Of a stretch of DNA of 64,000 nucleotides, positions 45,691-53,739 are shown in pieces (position 1 is the stretch's first letter; every line of letters begins with the position of its first letter). Source of the DNA: a virus. Lineage: Duplodnaviria > Caudoviricetes. Location: positions 3,888 to 67,887 of IMG/VR virus record IMGVR_UViG_3300033121_002344; one strand, written 5' to 3'. The notes below the pieces were generated by a model, which was not told where the DNA came from, did not search any database, and saw nothing but the letters and a program-made list of their open reading frames with translations. Both the position numbers and the translations under genes were made by a program.

Positions 45691-45723
45691 GTCCCTATCT
45701 TCGCGCGCGGCACGCGCAAACCG

Positions 45724-47046
45724 TCAGGCCCGCTTCGCCTTCTTGCCGGACCGCTCCTCCCAGCGCTGGACGATGGCATCGCAGTAGCCGGGCGCGAACT
45801 CGATCGCCCGACAGCGTCGCCCCATCTCCTCGGCCGCGATCACCTGCGAGCCCGAGCCCGCGAACGGCTCGAAGCAGACCTCGCCTTCGAGGGTGTGGAG
45901 GTCCATGGGCCGGCTGAAGAGCGCCACCGGCTTCTGGGTCGGGTGGATGCGGTCGTTCTCGCGCCCCACCTCCCAGACGGTGTCGAGGTCCCGCTTCCCG
46001 AACCACCGTGAGCGCCGCCCCCGGATCCATCCGTAGAGGGCCGTCTCGTGCCGCCAGTGGAAGTCGCCCCGCCCCATGATGAGGCTCGGCTTCACCCAGA
46101 CGATCTGCCGGTGGATCAGGAGGTCGATCGTCTTCACGGCCTCGATGAAGGGAAGGCTCTCCAACAGCACAGGGTGCCAGATGTAGATCGCCGGCCGCTC
46201 GCCGAAGTGGGGCTTGATGGCCGCCAAGAAGGCCGCCAAGAAGGCCTGAAGGGCCGCCCCCTGGAGACCGTCGTTCGCGATCGGGTCGTAGTCGGGGATC
46301 TTGCCGCCCGTGGCCTTCGCATTCGACTCCCTGATCTCGTCGTAGTTGACCCCGTAGGGCGGATCGGTGGCGAGCAGGTCCGCCTTCGCGCCCTCCATGA
46401 CCCGCGCGACGTCGCCGGGCACCGTCGAGTCCCCGCAGAGCAGCAGGTGGTCACCGAGCCGCCAGAGGTCGCCCTTCTTGGTCACCGGGTGCTTTGGCGG
46501 TACCGGGACCTCGGGCTCGGCCGCCCGCTCGGCCTTGCGCTGCTCCCGCTGGAAGTCCGCCAACAGCTGCTCGACGTCCTTCTGCTCGAACCCCGAGCCC
46601 GCCCGCAGCCCGCCCTCGAGTCCCTGGTAGAGGTCGGAGAGCATCGTCGCGTCCCAGCCCCCGAGCTCCACGAGCCTGTTGTCCGCCACCAGGTACGCCT
46701 CCGCCGAGGCCTCGCTCTCGAACGAGACCCCGCAGGTCACGGGCGCCAGCCACTGCCCCTCGGGCCCGACGAGGATCCGCTTCGGGGGCTCGCGCCCGGA
46801 CGCCTTCCAGGCCAGCAGACGATCGAGCCGGCCGTGGCCCGCCACCAACCGACCCGTCCGCTCGTCCCGCAGCATCGGCTGCACGTAGCCGAACTGCTCC
46901 AAGGAGACGTCGAGCTTCTCGTCCGCGTGGAGCTTTGGGTTTCGTGGCCACCGCTGGATCTCGTCGATGGCGAAGTACTGGATGGAGATCCGCTCCGGGG
47001 CCGGGGCCGGCGCTGGAGCCGCCGCGACCGCGCGACGACGGCTCAC
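45724..47046 (-). CDS. ParB/Srx N-terminal domain fused to an N4/N6 DNA methyltransferase
   Basis: PRNPK...LVAGHGRL...ADNR; DLLATDPPY; HPTQKP; FEPFAGSGS. Confidence 0.9.
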   Translation of the reverse strand: MSRRRAVAAAPAPAPAPERISIQYFAIDEIQRWPRNPKLHADEKLDVSLEQFGYVQPMLRDERTGRLVAGHGRLDRLLAWKASGREPPKRILVGPEGQWLAPVTCGVSFESEASAEAYLVADNRLVELGGWDATMLSDLYQGLEGGLRAGSGFEQKDVEQLLADFQREQRKAERAAEPEVPVPPKHPVTKKGDLWRLGDHLLLCGDSTVPGDVARVMEGAKADLLATDPPYGVNYDEIRESNAKATGGKIPDYDPIANDGLQGAALQAFLAAFLAAIKPHFGERPAIYIWHPVLLESLPFIEAVKTIDLLIHRQIVWVKPSLIMGRGDFHWRHETALYGWIRGRRSRWFGKRDLDTVWEVGRENDRIHPTQKPVALFSRPMDLHTLEGEVCFEPFAGSGSQVIAAEEMGRRCRAIEFAPGYCDAIVQRWEERSGKKAKRA

Positions 47047-47768
47047 TGGCCGCCCCCGAGGTACCGCCGGCAGATCTCCGCGATCGCCTCCGGGTTCGTC
47101 TTCGCCCCACCGGCCTTCGCCTGCTTGATGGCCCGCTGGACGACGGCGTTCTGGTCGGCGGAGAGCGCCAGGTTGAGAGAGCCCGCCTTCGGGTCGTCGG
47201 AGCCCTCGCCGCCCGCGCCTTCGCCCGTCGAGACCTCGAAGGTGACCCGCTTCTTGCCCTCGGCCGCCAGGAGGAGCTCGTCGATCGCCTCCTGGGTGAA
47301 GCCGGTCAGGTCCTCACGGTGGGTGGGCTCCAGGGAGTTGAAGATCTCCGCCAGCCCCTTCGCGTTCCAGCCGCCGAGCTCGGTCGAGCGGTTGTCGAGG
47401 AGCAGGTAGCGCTCGGCCTGCTCCTCGGTGGCGAACGAGACCCCGAAGAGCACCGGCACCAACCACTCCCCGCCCTTCCGCTCGACCCGGATGCGCCGCG
47501 GAGGCTCGGCGCCCGACCGCTTGAGCTCCTCCAAGATCTCCAGCCGGCCGTGGCCCGCCACCAGCCGGCCCGTCCGCTCGTCCCGCAGCAGCGGGACCGT
47601 GAACCCGTACTCGGCCATGGAGCGCCGCAGGAGGCCCTTGTCGTGCTCCTTGGGGTTCCGGGGCCATCGCTGGAGCTCCGAGAGCGGCAGGTACCGGAGC
47701 GTGAGCCCGGGGTCGGGCTTCGGCGCTGGCTTGGAGGAGGTGGTTCGGGAGGAGGTTCGGGTGGTCAC
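47043..47768 (-). CDS. ParB/Srx N-terminal domain protein
   Basis: WPRNPKEHD...RDERTGRLVAGHGRL...LDNR; start re-called to GTG 47768. Confidence 0.85.
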   Translation of the reverse strand: MTTRTSSRTTSSKPAPKPDPGLTLRYLPLSELQRWPRNPKEHDKGLLRRSMAEYGFTVPLLRDERTGRLVAGHGRLEILEELKRSGAEPPRRIRVERKGGEWLVPVLFGVSFATEEQAERYLLLDNRSTELGGWNAKGLAEIFNSLEPTHREDLTGFTQEAIDELLLAAEGKKRVTFEVSTGEGAGGEGSDDPKAGSLNLALSADQNAVVQRAIKQAKAGGAKTNPEAIAEICRRYLGGGQ

Positions 47769-47817
47769 GCGCCCCTTGGCGTGACCGGGAGGCGCGCCGA
47801 AGTCAAGGGCGCCCCTA

Positions 47818-48258
47818 TCAACCCGGGTTGCTTCGAGTCCAGCAGAGGGCCGCGCAGGCGAGCGTCTTCTTCTTGGTCTCGAACTTCGGGGCACCGCAGT
47901 GGCAGCGCTCAACCTTCCGCGACCGGTCCCAGGCCTCCCGCATCCGGACGATCACCCGCTCGACGATCGCCTCCACCTCTCCGACCCGGTTGACCCGCGT
48001 GACCTTCACGATCCCGCGCTCCTTGCCGTCCGCCGCCCTGTAGACCGCCGAGACCCGGATCGCGTCCTCGGCCACCGGCCGCGCCGAACCCCCCACCACC
48101 GAGCTCCAGACCATCACCCGGATCCCCGGGGTCACCTCGCGCCAGAAGACGCGCTCGCCGTGGCGAGGCTCTTCGACGAAGCCTGCCTTCAGGACACGGG
48201 CCACTAGGCTCTCGCCAAGCAGCCGACGGGATTCGGGGGAGGTCGGTTCGTACTTCAC
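47818..48258 (-). CDS. Hypothetical protein with a C-terminal Cys motif
   Basis: 146 aa; ends SNPG* inside the palindrome. Confidence 0.6.
   Translation of the reverse strand: MKYEPTSPESRRLLGESLVARVLKAGFVEEPRHGERVFWREVTPGIRVMVWSSVVGGSARPVAEDAIRVSAVYRAADGKERGIVKVTRVNRVGEVEAIVERVIVRMREAWDRSRKVERCHCGAPKFETKKKTLACAALCWTRSNPG
47819..47830. repeat. Dispersed palindrome copy 10 (TAT-core-CTT)
   Basis: Exact core; supplies the TGA stop. Confidence 0.95.
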
Positions 48259-48264
48259 GGCCCG

Positions 48265-48295
48265 ACTATTCGCGCAGGTTGCGCGCCGAAGTCAA
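48265..48295 (-). promoter_or_regulatory. Host-type promoter variant (TTGACT-17-CGAATAGT)
   Basis: 6 nt to GTG 48258; same geometry as the other copies. Confidence 0.55.
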
Positions 48296-48699
48296 CGGGC
48301 CGTGGCGTCGAGGGCGCTCTGGAGGGAGGCGGTCAGGTTGTCGATGGTGGCGAGGGCCGCTTCGAGGCGCGCCCGGACCTTGGGGTCGAGGGTCGCCCAG
48401 GTCTTCGCCGCATCGGACGGGTGGATGTAGGCGATCACGCGCCGCGGGGTCACGCCTCCACGCAGGACCTTGAAGCCGCACCCGCGGCAGAGGTCCTTGA
48501 CCGGTCGGATGTGGCGGGTCCGGTGCTCGCCCAGCTGGAAGACCAGGTCGCCGGTCTCGAAGGAGCCGCAACCGTTGGCACACTTGTCCGCCACCAGGAC
48601 CGCGCAGGCCGCCTTCCAGTCGAGGTCGCTGACCAGCCGCGAGGGCTTCGGGGTCGAGACCACCTGAAGGGTCCCACGGCCTTCGAATTGGCTCCTCAT
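48292..48699 (-). CDS. Hypothetical Zn-binding protein
   Basis: CANGC...LCRGC. Confidence 0.55.
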   Translation of the reverse strand: MRSQFEGRGTLQVVSTPKPSRLVSDLDWKAACAVLVADKCANGCGSFETGDLVFQLGEHRTRHIRPVKDLCRGCGFKVLRGGVTPRRVIAYIHPSDAAKTWATLDPKVRARLEAALATIDNLTASLQSALDATAR

Positions 48700-48881
48700 C
48701 GTCGGTACTCTCCTCGCTGGATCCGCTGGAAGATCTCCATGAGATCCGGAATCGTGAGCTTCGGCTTCGGCCGCTCCGCCCGCGCCCGGGTCTCCTCGAT
48801 GGTCTCGGTCGGCACCAGGGCCGGGATCGTCGGGGTCTCGTTCTTCTTCTCGTCCTCCACCCGTCCTCCTCGCCGCCGCAT
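48696..48881 (-). CDS. Small hypothetical protein
   Basis: 61 aa; overlaps its neighbour. Confidence 0.45.
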   Translation of the reverse strand: MRRRGGRVEDEKKNETPTIPALVPTETIEETRARAERPKPKLTIPDLMEIFQRIQRGEYRR

Positions 48882-48882
48882 C

Positions 48883-49377
48883 CTAGCGCTCCTCCTGGAG
48901 GGCCCGGAACTCCTCCAGGACGCCTTCCGCCGTCAGCCCTCGGGGGAGGGCCTTCCGGGCGCGGAGCCACCGCTCGAAGGCCTCGCCGACCGGGAGCCGT
49001 TCCTCGAGCCCCGCCACGGCCTCCACGTTGCGCTCAGGCCGGCTCGGGACGATCGGCCGGACGTGGGTCGCCCCCGCGCGCCGAAGGGCCTGTTCGGCCT
49101 CGTGGGGCGCGAAGACCGAGGTCTCGGTCAGCTGGACCAGCACCCGGACGATCGCGCCGCCGACCGAGGCTCCGGACGCCCAGGCATCGTAGTCGGCCTG
49201 GCTGGCCAGCCGCGGGTCCACGAGCCGCAGGGTCAGGAGGTTCGCCGCCGGGAGAGGGTGGAAGTGGGGTAGCTCGATGGAGGGGGCCTCGGGAGCCAAG
49301 GGGGGAACTTGTGTAACGGGGGTATCCGTTCCCGAGGCCCCCTCCGTCGATTGAGATCTGCGTTTGCGCGCCGCCAT
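48883..49377 (-). CDS. Probable SbcD/gp47 C-terminal (capping) domain as a separate gene
   Basis: GAIVRVLV...QALRRAGATHVRPIV...VGEAFERWL; directly after a short SbcD. Confidence 0.5.
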   Translation of the reverse strand: MAARKRRSQSTEGASGTDTPVTQVPPLAPEAPSIELPHFHPLPAANLLTLRLVDPRLASQADYDAWASGASVGGAIVRVLVQLTETSVFAPHEAEQALRRAGATHVRPIVPSRPERNVEAVAGLEERLPVGEAFERWLRARKALPRGLTAEGVLEEFRALQEER

Positions 49378-49387
49378 GACCTGATCA

Positions 49388-50128
49388 TCACAGGTCGAGC
49401 AGCACGTAGCCCTTCGGCTCCATCTCCTCGCCGAAGTCGAGGCGGTCGAGCGACCCTACCACCTGCACCTTCTCCCGCACCACCTGAGGCTTGTGGACGT
49501 GGCCGGCGTAGATGCGCTGCACCCGCGGGTCCTCCTCCATCCAGCGAGGGAGCTCCAGGGCGCCGCCCCGCAGCATCCGCCCCTCCGAGCCCGTCGTCGC
49601 CCCGGGAATGTCGAGGTGGCAGAACACCACCACCTTCGCGTCCGCCGAGAGCTCCGCGAACGTCGATCGCAGGCTCGTCTCCAGCCACTCGACCGCGCTC
49701 AGCCGCCGGCCCTCGACCTCGGGCGCATGGGCGCCGCTCAGGTAGGGCAGGTAGAGGATCGTCTTGCTGCCGATGACCTCGGTCGCCGGGGTCTCGACCA
49801 CCCGCACCAGCAGGCCCGCCAACACCGAGACCGTCGCCCGCGCCCCCACCCCGTGGCTGGAGTCGTCGACCACGTCGTGGTTGCCGGCCAGCAGGACCGA
49901 CCGACACTCGATCCGCTCCAGGAAGCGCCGCGTGCTCGCCAGCGCCCGGATCGTCCGGTTCCCGCTGTCGGGGTCCGTGAGGTCCCCGAGGTGGAGGAAG
50001 AGGTCGACCTTCTCCTGGTCGATGATCCGCTCCAGCCGCGCCAGCTGGGCCTCGAAGGAGACCCAGCGCTCCACCCCCGACCGCGCCGTTTGGTCGAGGT
50101 GCCAGTCAGTGCTCACCAGCGTCTTCAC
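49388..50128 (-). CDS. sbcD: SbcD/Mre11-like metallophosphoesterase nuclease (catalytic domain only)
   Basis: STDWHL, HLGDL, AGNHD, FCH, GHVH, GSLDRLDFGE...KGY. Confidence 0.85.
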   Translation of the reverse strand: MKTLVSTDWHLDQTARSGVERWVSFEAQLARLERIIDQEKVDLFLHLGDLTDPDSGNRTIRALASTRRFLERIECRSVLLAGNHDVVDDSSHGVGARATVSVLAGLLVRVVETPATEVIGSKTILYLPYLSGAHAPEVEGRRLSAVEWLETSLRSTFAELSADAKVVVFCHLDIPGATTGSEGRMLRGGALELPRWMEEDPRVQRIYAGHVHKPQVVREKVQVVGSLDRLDFGEEMEPKGYVLLDL

Positions 50129-50397
50129 GAGACCCCCCGAGGAGGCGCCACGAACCGCGAGACGATGCGCTGCGCCCGCGCTCGGTCGGGGCCGGGCGCC
50201 TGGGCGTTGATCTCCACCGCCTCCAAGACGCCGGCCGCCACCGAGGCCACCACCAGGAGCTCCCGCGCCGGGTCTGGGTTCTCCAGCCCGACGCTCTCGA
50301 TCAGCAGCCCGACCGCTTGCGCGACCCGGGTCCCGCGCTCCTCGCCGAGCTCGCCCTGCATGACCTCGATCAACCGCAGCGCCGTCTCCGTGGTCAC
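50125..50397 (-). CDS. Hypothetical protein
   Basis: 90 aa; overlaps its neighbour. Confidence 0.55.
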   Translation of the reverse strand: MTTETALRLIEVMQGELGEERGTRVAQAVGLLIESVGLENPDPARELLVVASVAAGVLEAVEINAQAPGPDRARAQRIVSRFVAPPRGVS

Positions 50398-51603
50398 CTA
50401 GTCCTCCTCCTCGCGGAACAGGTCCGCGTCCAACGAGCCCGCCAGATCATCGAGCGCCTCCCGGGCCGCCTCCTTCGAGGCGTCGTAGAAGTCCGAGAGC
50501 TTGAAGCTCGCCCCCGAGCGGAACTCGAAGCGGGTACCGGAGGTCATCTTCGGAGCCCCGCGCTCGGCGCTCGGCCCTTCGATGAACTTCCGGACGAGCG
50601 CCTCCGTGAGGATCTCCCGCGGTCGGTCGAAGCCCACCGGAGCCAGCCCCTTGCCGTTCGAGGTGTAGAAGGTCGCCGAGTCGAAGCTGATCCCGTGCTT
50701 GTTTTTGAGCACCTGCGCCCGGTGACGCTTCCCGGTCGGCGGAGCCCCCTCGTCGGAGAGGTCCCGCACCAGCCCGCTGAAGGTCACCCGGACCTGCACC
50801 ATCGCGTCGTAGACGAGCGCGTTCCCGCCTCGAATGTCGTAGGTCTCGCCGCCGCCGTGGACCTGCTTCGGCTGCCCCTCGTGGGCGATCACCAGGAAGA
50901 TGATGTTGTCGTCGCCGATGCGGGGCCCGAGGCCGAGCAGCCACGCCGTGTTCATCATCGCCTGCAGCCGACCGACACCCGACCGCAGCGCCTCGCCGCC
51001 CTCCTTGGTGATCTCCTTCAGGAGCTTCTCCGGGACGAGCTTCGAGATGCTGTCGATCGCGATGAAGAGCGGGGTCTGGGCCGGGATCCGCCCCTTCGCC
51101 TTCCCCTCCTGGAAGCGGTCGAGCACCCCGTCAACCTCCGAGACCGTCTCCTCGTAGGTGAGCGGGGTCGGCTTCTTGGCCTTGTCGCCCGTGCGGCCGA
51201 TGTAGAGGCAGCCCTTCGCGTCGACGCCGAGCCGCCGAAACCACTTCCGGGTGTCGGCCGCGAGCTCCGCATCCACGTAGGTGCCGAGCCCGCGCGCTCG
51301 TCGGGTCGCGTTGAGGAGCTCGCAGATCAGCGCCGTCTTGCCGCCGCCGCTGGGTCCGTGGACCAGCCACACGCACGAGAGGGGCGCACCCCCGACCTTC
51401 GTCGCGCGGTTGAAGGAGGTCATGGAGGTCGGGATGGCCCGGAAGCCCTCGACCTCGCTCATCAGCCGCGCCCGCTCCGACTTCCCCGCGAGCTCCACCA
51501 GGAGGTCCGCCACCTCCGCCTCAGAGACCGGGGCGCGCGCACCTCGCACCCGGCGAGGGGGACGGGTCGCCCCGTCCCCCTGTGCGACCGACCGTCGCGC
51601 CAC
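50398..51603 (-). CDS. recA: RecA/UvsX-like recombinase
   Basis: IPTSMTSFNRATKVGGAP, HGPSGGGKT, YVDAE, IAIDSIS, GGNALVYDA, VLKNK. Confidence 0.9.
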   Translation of the reverse strand: MARRSVAQGDGATRPPRRVRGARAPVSEAEVADLLVELAGKSERARLMSEVEGFRAIPTSMTSFNRATKVGGAPLSCVWLVHGPSGGGKTALICELLNATRRARGLGTYVDAELAADTRKWFRRLGVDAKGCLYIGRTGDKAKKPTPLTYEETVSEVDGVLDRFQEGKAKGRIPAQTPLFIAIDSISKLVPEKLLKEITKEGGEALRSGVGRLQAMMNTAWLLGLGPRIGDDNIIFLVIAHEGQPKQVHGGGETYDIRGGNALVYDAMVQVRVTFSGLVRDLSDEGAPPTGKRHRAQVLKNKHGISFDSATFYTSNGKGLAPVGFDRPREILTEALVRKFIEGPSAERGAPKMTSGTRFEFRSGASFKLSDFYDASKEAAREALDDLAGSLDADLFREEED

Positions 51604-53075
51604 TACTTCTCCCAGGGGACCTTACGGGCCGGAGGGGCGTCCTGATCGCTCGGCGGAGGCGGTTCGTCCTCCGCCGGGGCCGGGGCTCGAGTGGTCGTCG
51701 AAGCCGGAGCCGGCTCGTCCTCGGGCGGGTCGAGCTCCACCCCGCAGAGCGGACACTTCGGCGAGCCGGCCGGGATCCGACCACCGCAGTCCCCGCATTC
51801 TTCGTGGGCCACGGGCGCCCGACGGGGCGCCGCCTTTTCGGGCTCCTTCTCCGGCACCGAGCGCCGGGCCGGGGCCTCGTCCCTCTCCGGCACCGAGCGC
51901 CGGGCCGGCCGCTCCTCCTCACGCGCCGAGCGCCGCGCCGGGGCTTCCTCCTCCCGAGGAGCCGAGCGCCGCGCCGGGGCCTCCTCCTCACGCTCGCGCG
52001 ACGAGCGCCTGGGAGCCTCGTCGTCGCGAGCCGAGCGCCGGGCCGGAGCCTCGTCCCTCTCCGGCACCGAGCGCCGCGCCGGGGCCTCCTCGCGCGACGA
52101 GCGCCGCGCCGGGGCTTCCTCCTCCCGAGGAGCCGAGCGCCGGGCCGGCCGCTCCTCTTCCGGCTCCTCCGAGCGCCGGGACGGCGGTCGAGTCGGAGCC
52201 TCCTCTTCGCCGCGATCGGGCTCCGCCTCCTTGCGCTTCTTCTCGGCCGCATCCCAGACCCGACAGGCCGCCCCGAAGAAGTCTTCGAGCGGGACCTTGA
52301 ACTGCAGCGAGTCCTTGAAGGCCGCCAGCAGCACGTAAGGGTCGCTGGCGTTCACGAACCGCGAGACGTCCGGGGCCGGGCCCGCCCAGAGCTCCCGGAC
52401 CGCCTCCGAGATCTGCACGCGGTCGTTCCGGCTGATCCCGTACTTCCGCGCGTCCTCGTTGTACTTGAAGGTGTAGCAGATGGGCCGCCGGCTCGGGTCG
52501 CCCTCGTCCTCGCCGAGCTCCCGCACGTCGAATTGGATCTGCTGGTCGAGCTCGCTGATGAGCGACCACTTCTCGTTGGTGAGCCGGACGCCCTCGTCCG
52601 GCTTCTTCGGCTGGATGACGCTCAGCAGGAAGTCCGACTTCGGCCGGAAGTCCTCCATGAAGGAGTCGCGGTGCTTACCGCCGCCGAGGAGGTCGAGCCG
52701 GTGGTACTCCCGCACCGTGCGGCCGACCTCGAAGACGAACACCAGGTCGTCGTCGCCGATCTTCGAGGCCTCCAGCCAGTCGAGGAACTTGCAGGCAGGG
52801 CACTGCTTCGGGGTCGCCGCCTCGCCGAAGCGCCGGGCCTTGTGGAAGGCCTCGTCCTCGTGACAAACGAAGGGCAGGTAGCCGAGCGAGAGCGTCTTCT
52901 CCTTCGTCTTGTCGTCGCCCTTCTCCAGGATCTGGTTGAAGTTGTGGAGGTAGCGCTCCCACGGCGGATCGCGGTGCGGCACCACGTCGATGTACCCCGG
53001 GTCCTTCCGCCAGTTATCGAGGAACGAAGCCCCGCCCCGCTTCCCCAAGTTTCGCCAAGACCTCATCTGCGGCAT
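51603..53075 (-). CDS. Probable single-stranded DNA-binding protein with a repeat-rich tail
   Basis: Between UvsY-like and RecA; CPAC motif; charged repeat tail and Zn ribbon (CGDC...CPLC). Confidence 0.6.
   Translation of the reverse strand: MPQMRSWRNLGKRGGASFLDNWRKDPGYIDVVPHRDPPWERYLHNFNQILEKGDDKTKEKTLSLGYLPFVCHEDEAFHKARRFGEAATPKQCPACKFLDWLEASKIGDDDLVFVFEVGRTVREYHRLDLLGGGKHRDSFMEDFRPKSDFLLSVIQPKKPDEGVRLTNEKWSLISELDQQIQFDVRELGEDEGDPSRRPICYTFKYNEDARKYGISRNDRVQISEAVRELWAGPAPDVSRFVNASDPYVLLAAFKDSLQFKVPLEDFFGAACRVWDAAEKKRKEAEPDRGEEEAPTRPPSRRSEEPEEERPARRSAPREEEAPARRSSREEAPARRSVPERDEAPARRSARDDEAPRRSSREREEEAPARRSAPREEEAPARRSAREEERPARRSVPERDEAPARRSVPEKEPEKAAPRRAPVAHEECGDCGGRIPAGSPKCPLCGVELDPPEDEPAPASTTTRAPAPAEDEPPPPSDQDAPPARKVPWEK
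51845..52210 (-). repeat. Coding tandem repeat (about 10 x EEAPARRS-like units)
   Basis: Translation shows EEAPARRSAPR, DEAPARRSVPER and EERPARRS units; DNA unit GAGCGCCGGGCCGG. Confidence 0.85.
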
Positions 53076-53100
53076 GTCCCTGTCCCTTCCCTTCTCCCCG

Positions 53101-53718
53101 CTACTCGCGGTGCTGGATGCGATCGCGGAGCGGTGAGGCTCCGCCAGTGCTGGTGATGAGCGAGCGCAGATCCGAGAGCGAATCGGCGCGCCGCTTCCAG
53201 GCGTCTTCGAGCGACTCGAGGACGTGCGTGGCCGCCTGGAAGTCGCGGTACCGCCGCTCGCGCTCCCGGACCTCGTCCGGCCAGGTCGCGATCACGCGGT
53301 CCCGCACCATGTCGTTCGTGATCTGCTTGCTCTGGATCTCGCCCGACTTCTTGGCCTCGCTGAGGGCGAGGAGCGCGCCGTCCTTCTTCGCCTCCCACCA
53401 CGCCTCGTGGGAGATCTTGAAGAGCTCGTACTCGCGCCGAGCCCGCGCCGAGAGCTTCGCCGCCATGTAGCGCCGGCTCTGGGCGCTGTTGATCGCCTCG
53501 ATGAGCGCCGAGGCCGTCGCCGGATCGCGCTCCCGCAGCCCCTCTTCGAGCTCCCGGTGGACCTGCTCGATGTTGAGCTCGATGATCCCCGTGATGACCG
53601 GGGACCAATTCTCGTCCAGGACGTCCGCCTCCGCGGCGCTGATCGCCCGCCGGGAGGGCACCGATACACGACTTCGGACCGCCCTCACGGGCGGCTTCGC
53701 TTCTTCCTCTGTGGCCAT
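53101..53718 (-). CDS. UvsY-like recombination mediator
   Basis: All-helical; QITNDMVRDRV...LESLEDAWKRRADSL pattern; next to SSB and RecA. Confidence 0.5.
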   Translation of the reverse strand: MATEEEAKPPVRAVRSRVSVPSRRAISAAEADVLDENWSPVITGIIELNIEQVHRELEEGLRERDPATASALIEAINSAQSRRYMAAKLSARARREYELFKISHEAWWEAKKDGALLALSEAKKSGEIQSKQITNDMVRDRVIATWPDEVRERERRYRDFQAATHVLESLEDAWKRRADSLSDLRSLITSTGGASPLRDRIQHRE

Positions 53719-53739
53719 GCTCGTATCATCGCCGCTGCC

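Noticed and set aside
47831-47845. TTCGAGTCC as a tRNA T-loop
   Set aside because: It lies in coding sequence with no cloverleaf; no tRNA was recognised anywhere in the window.
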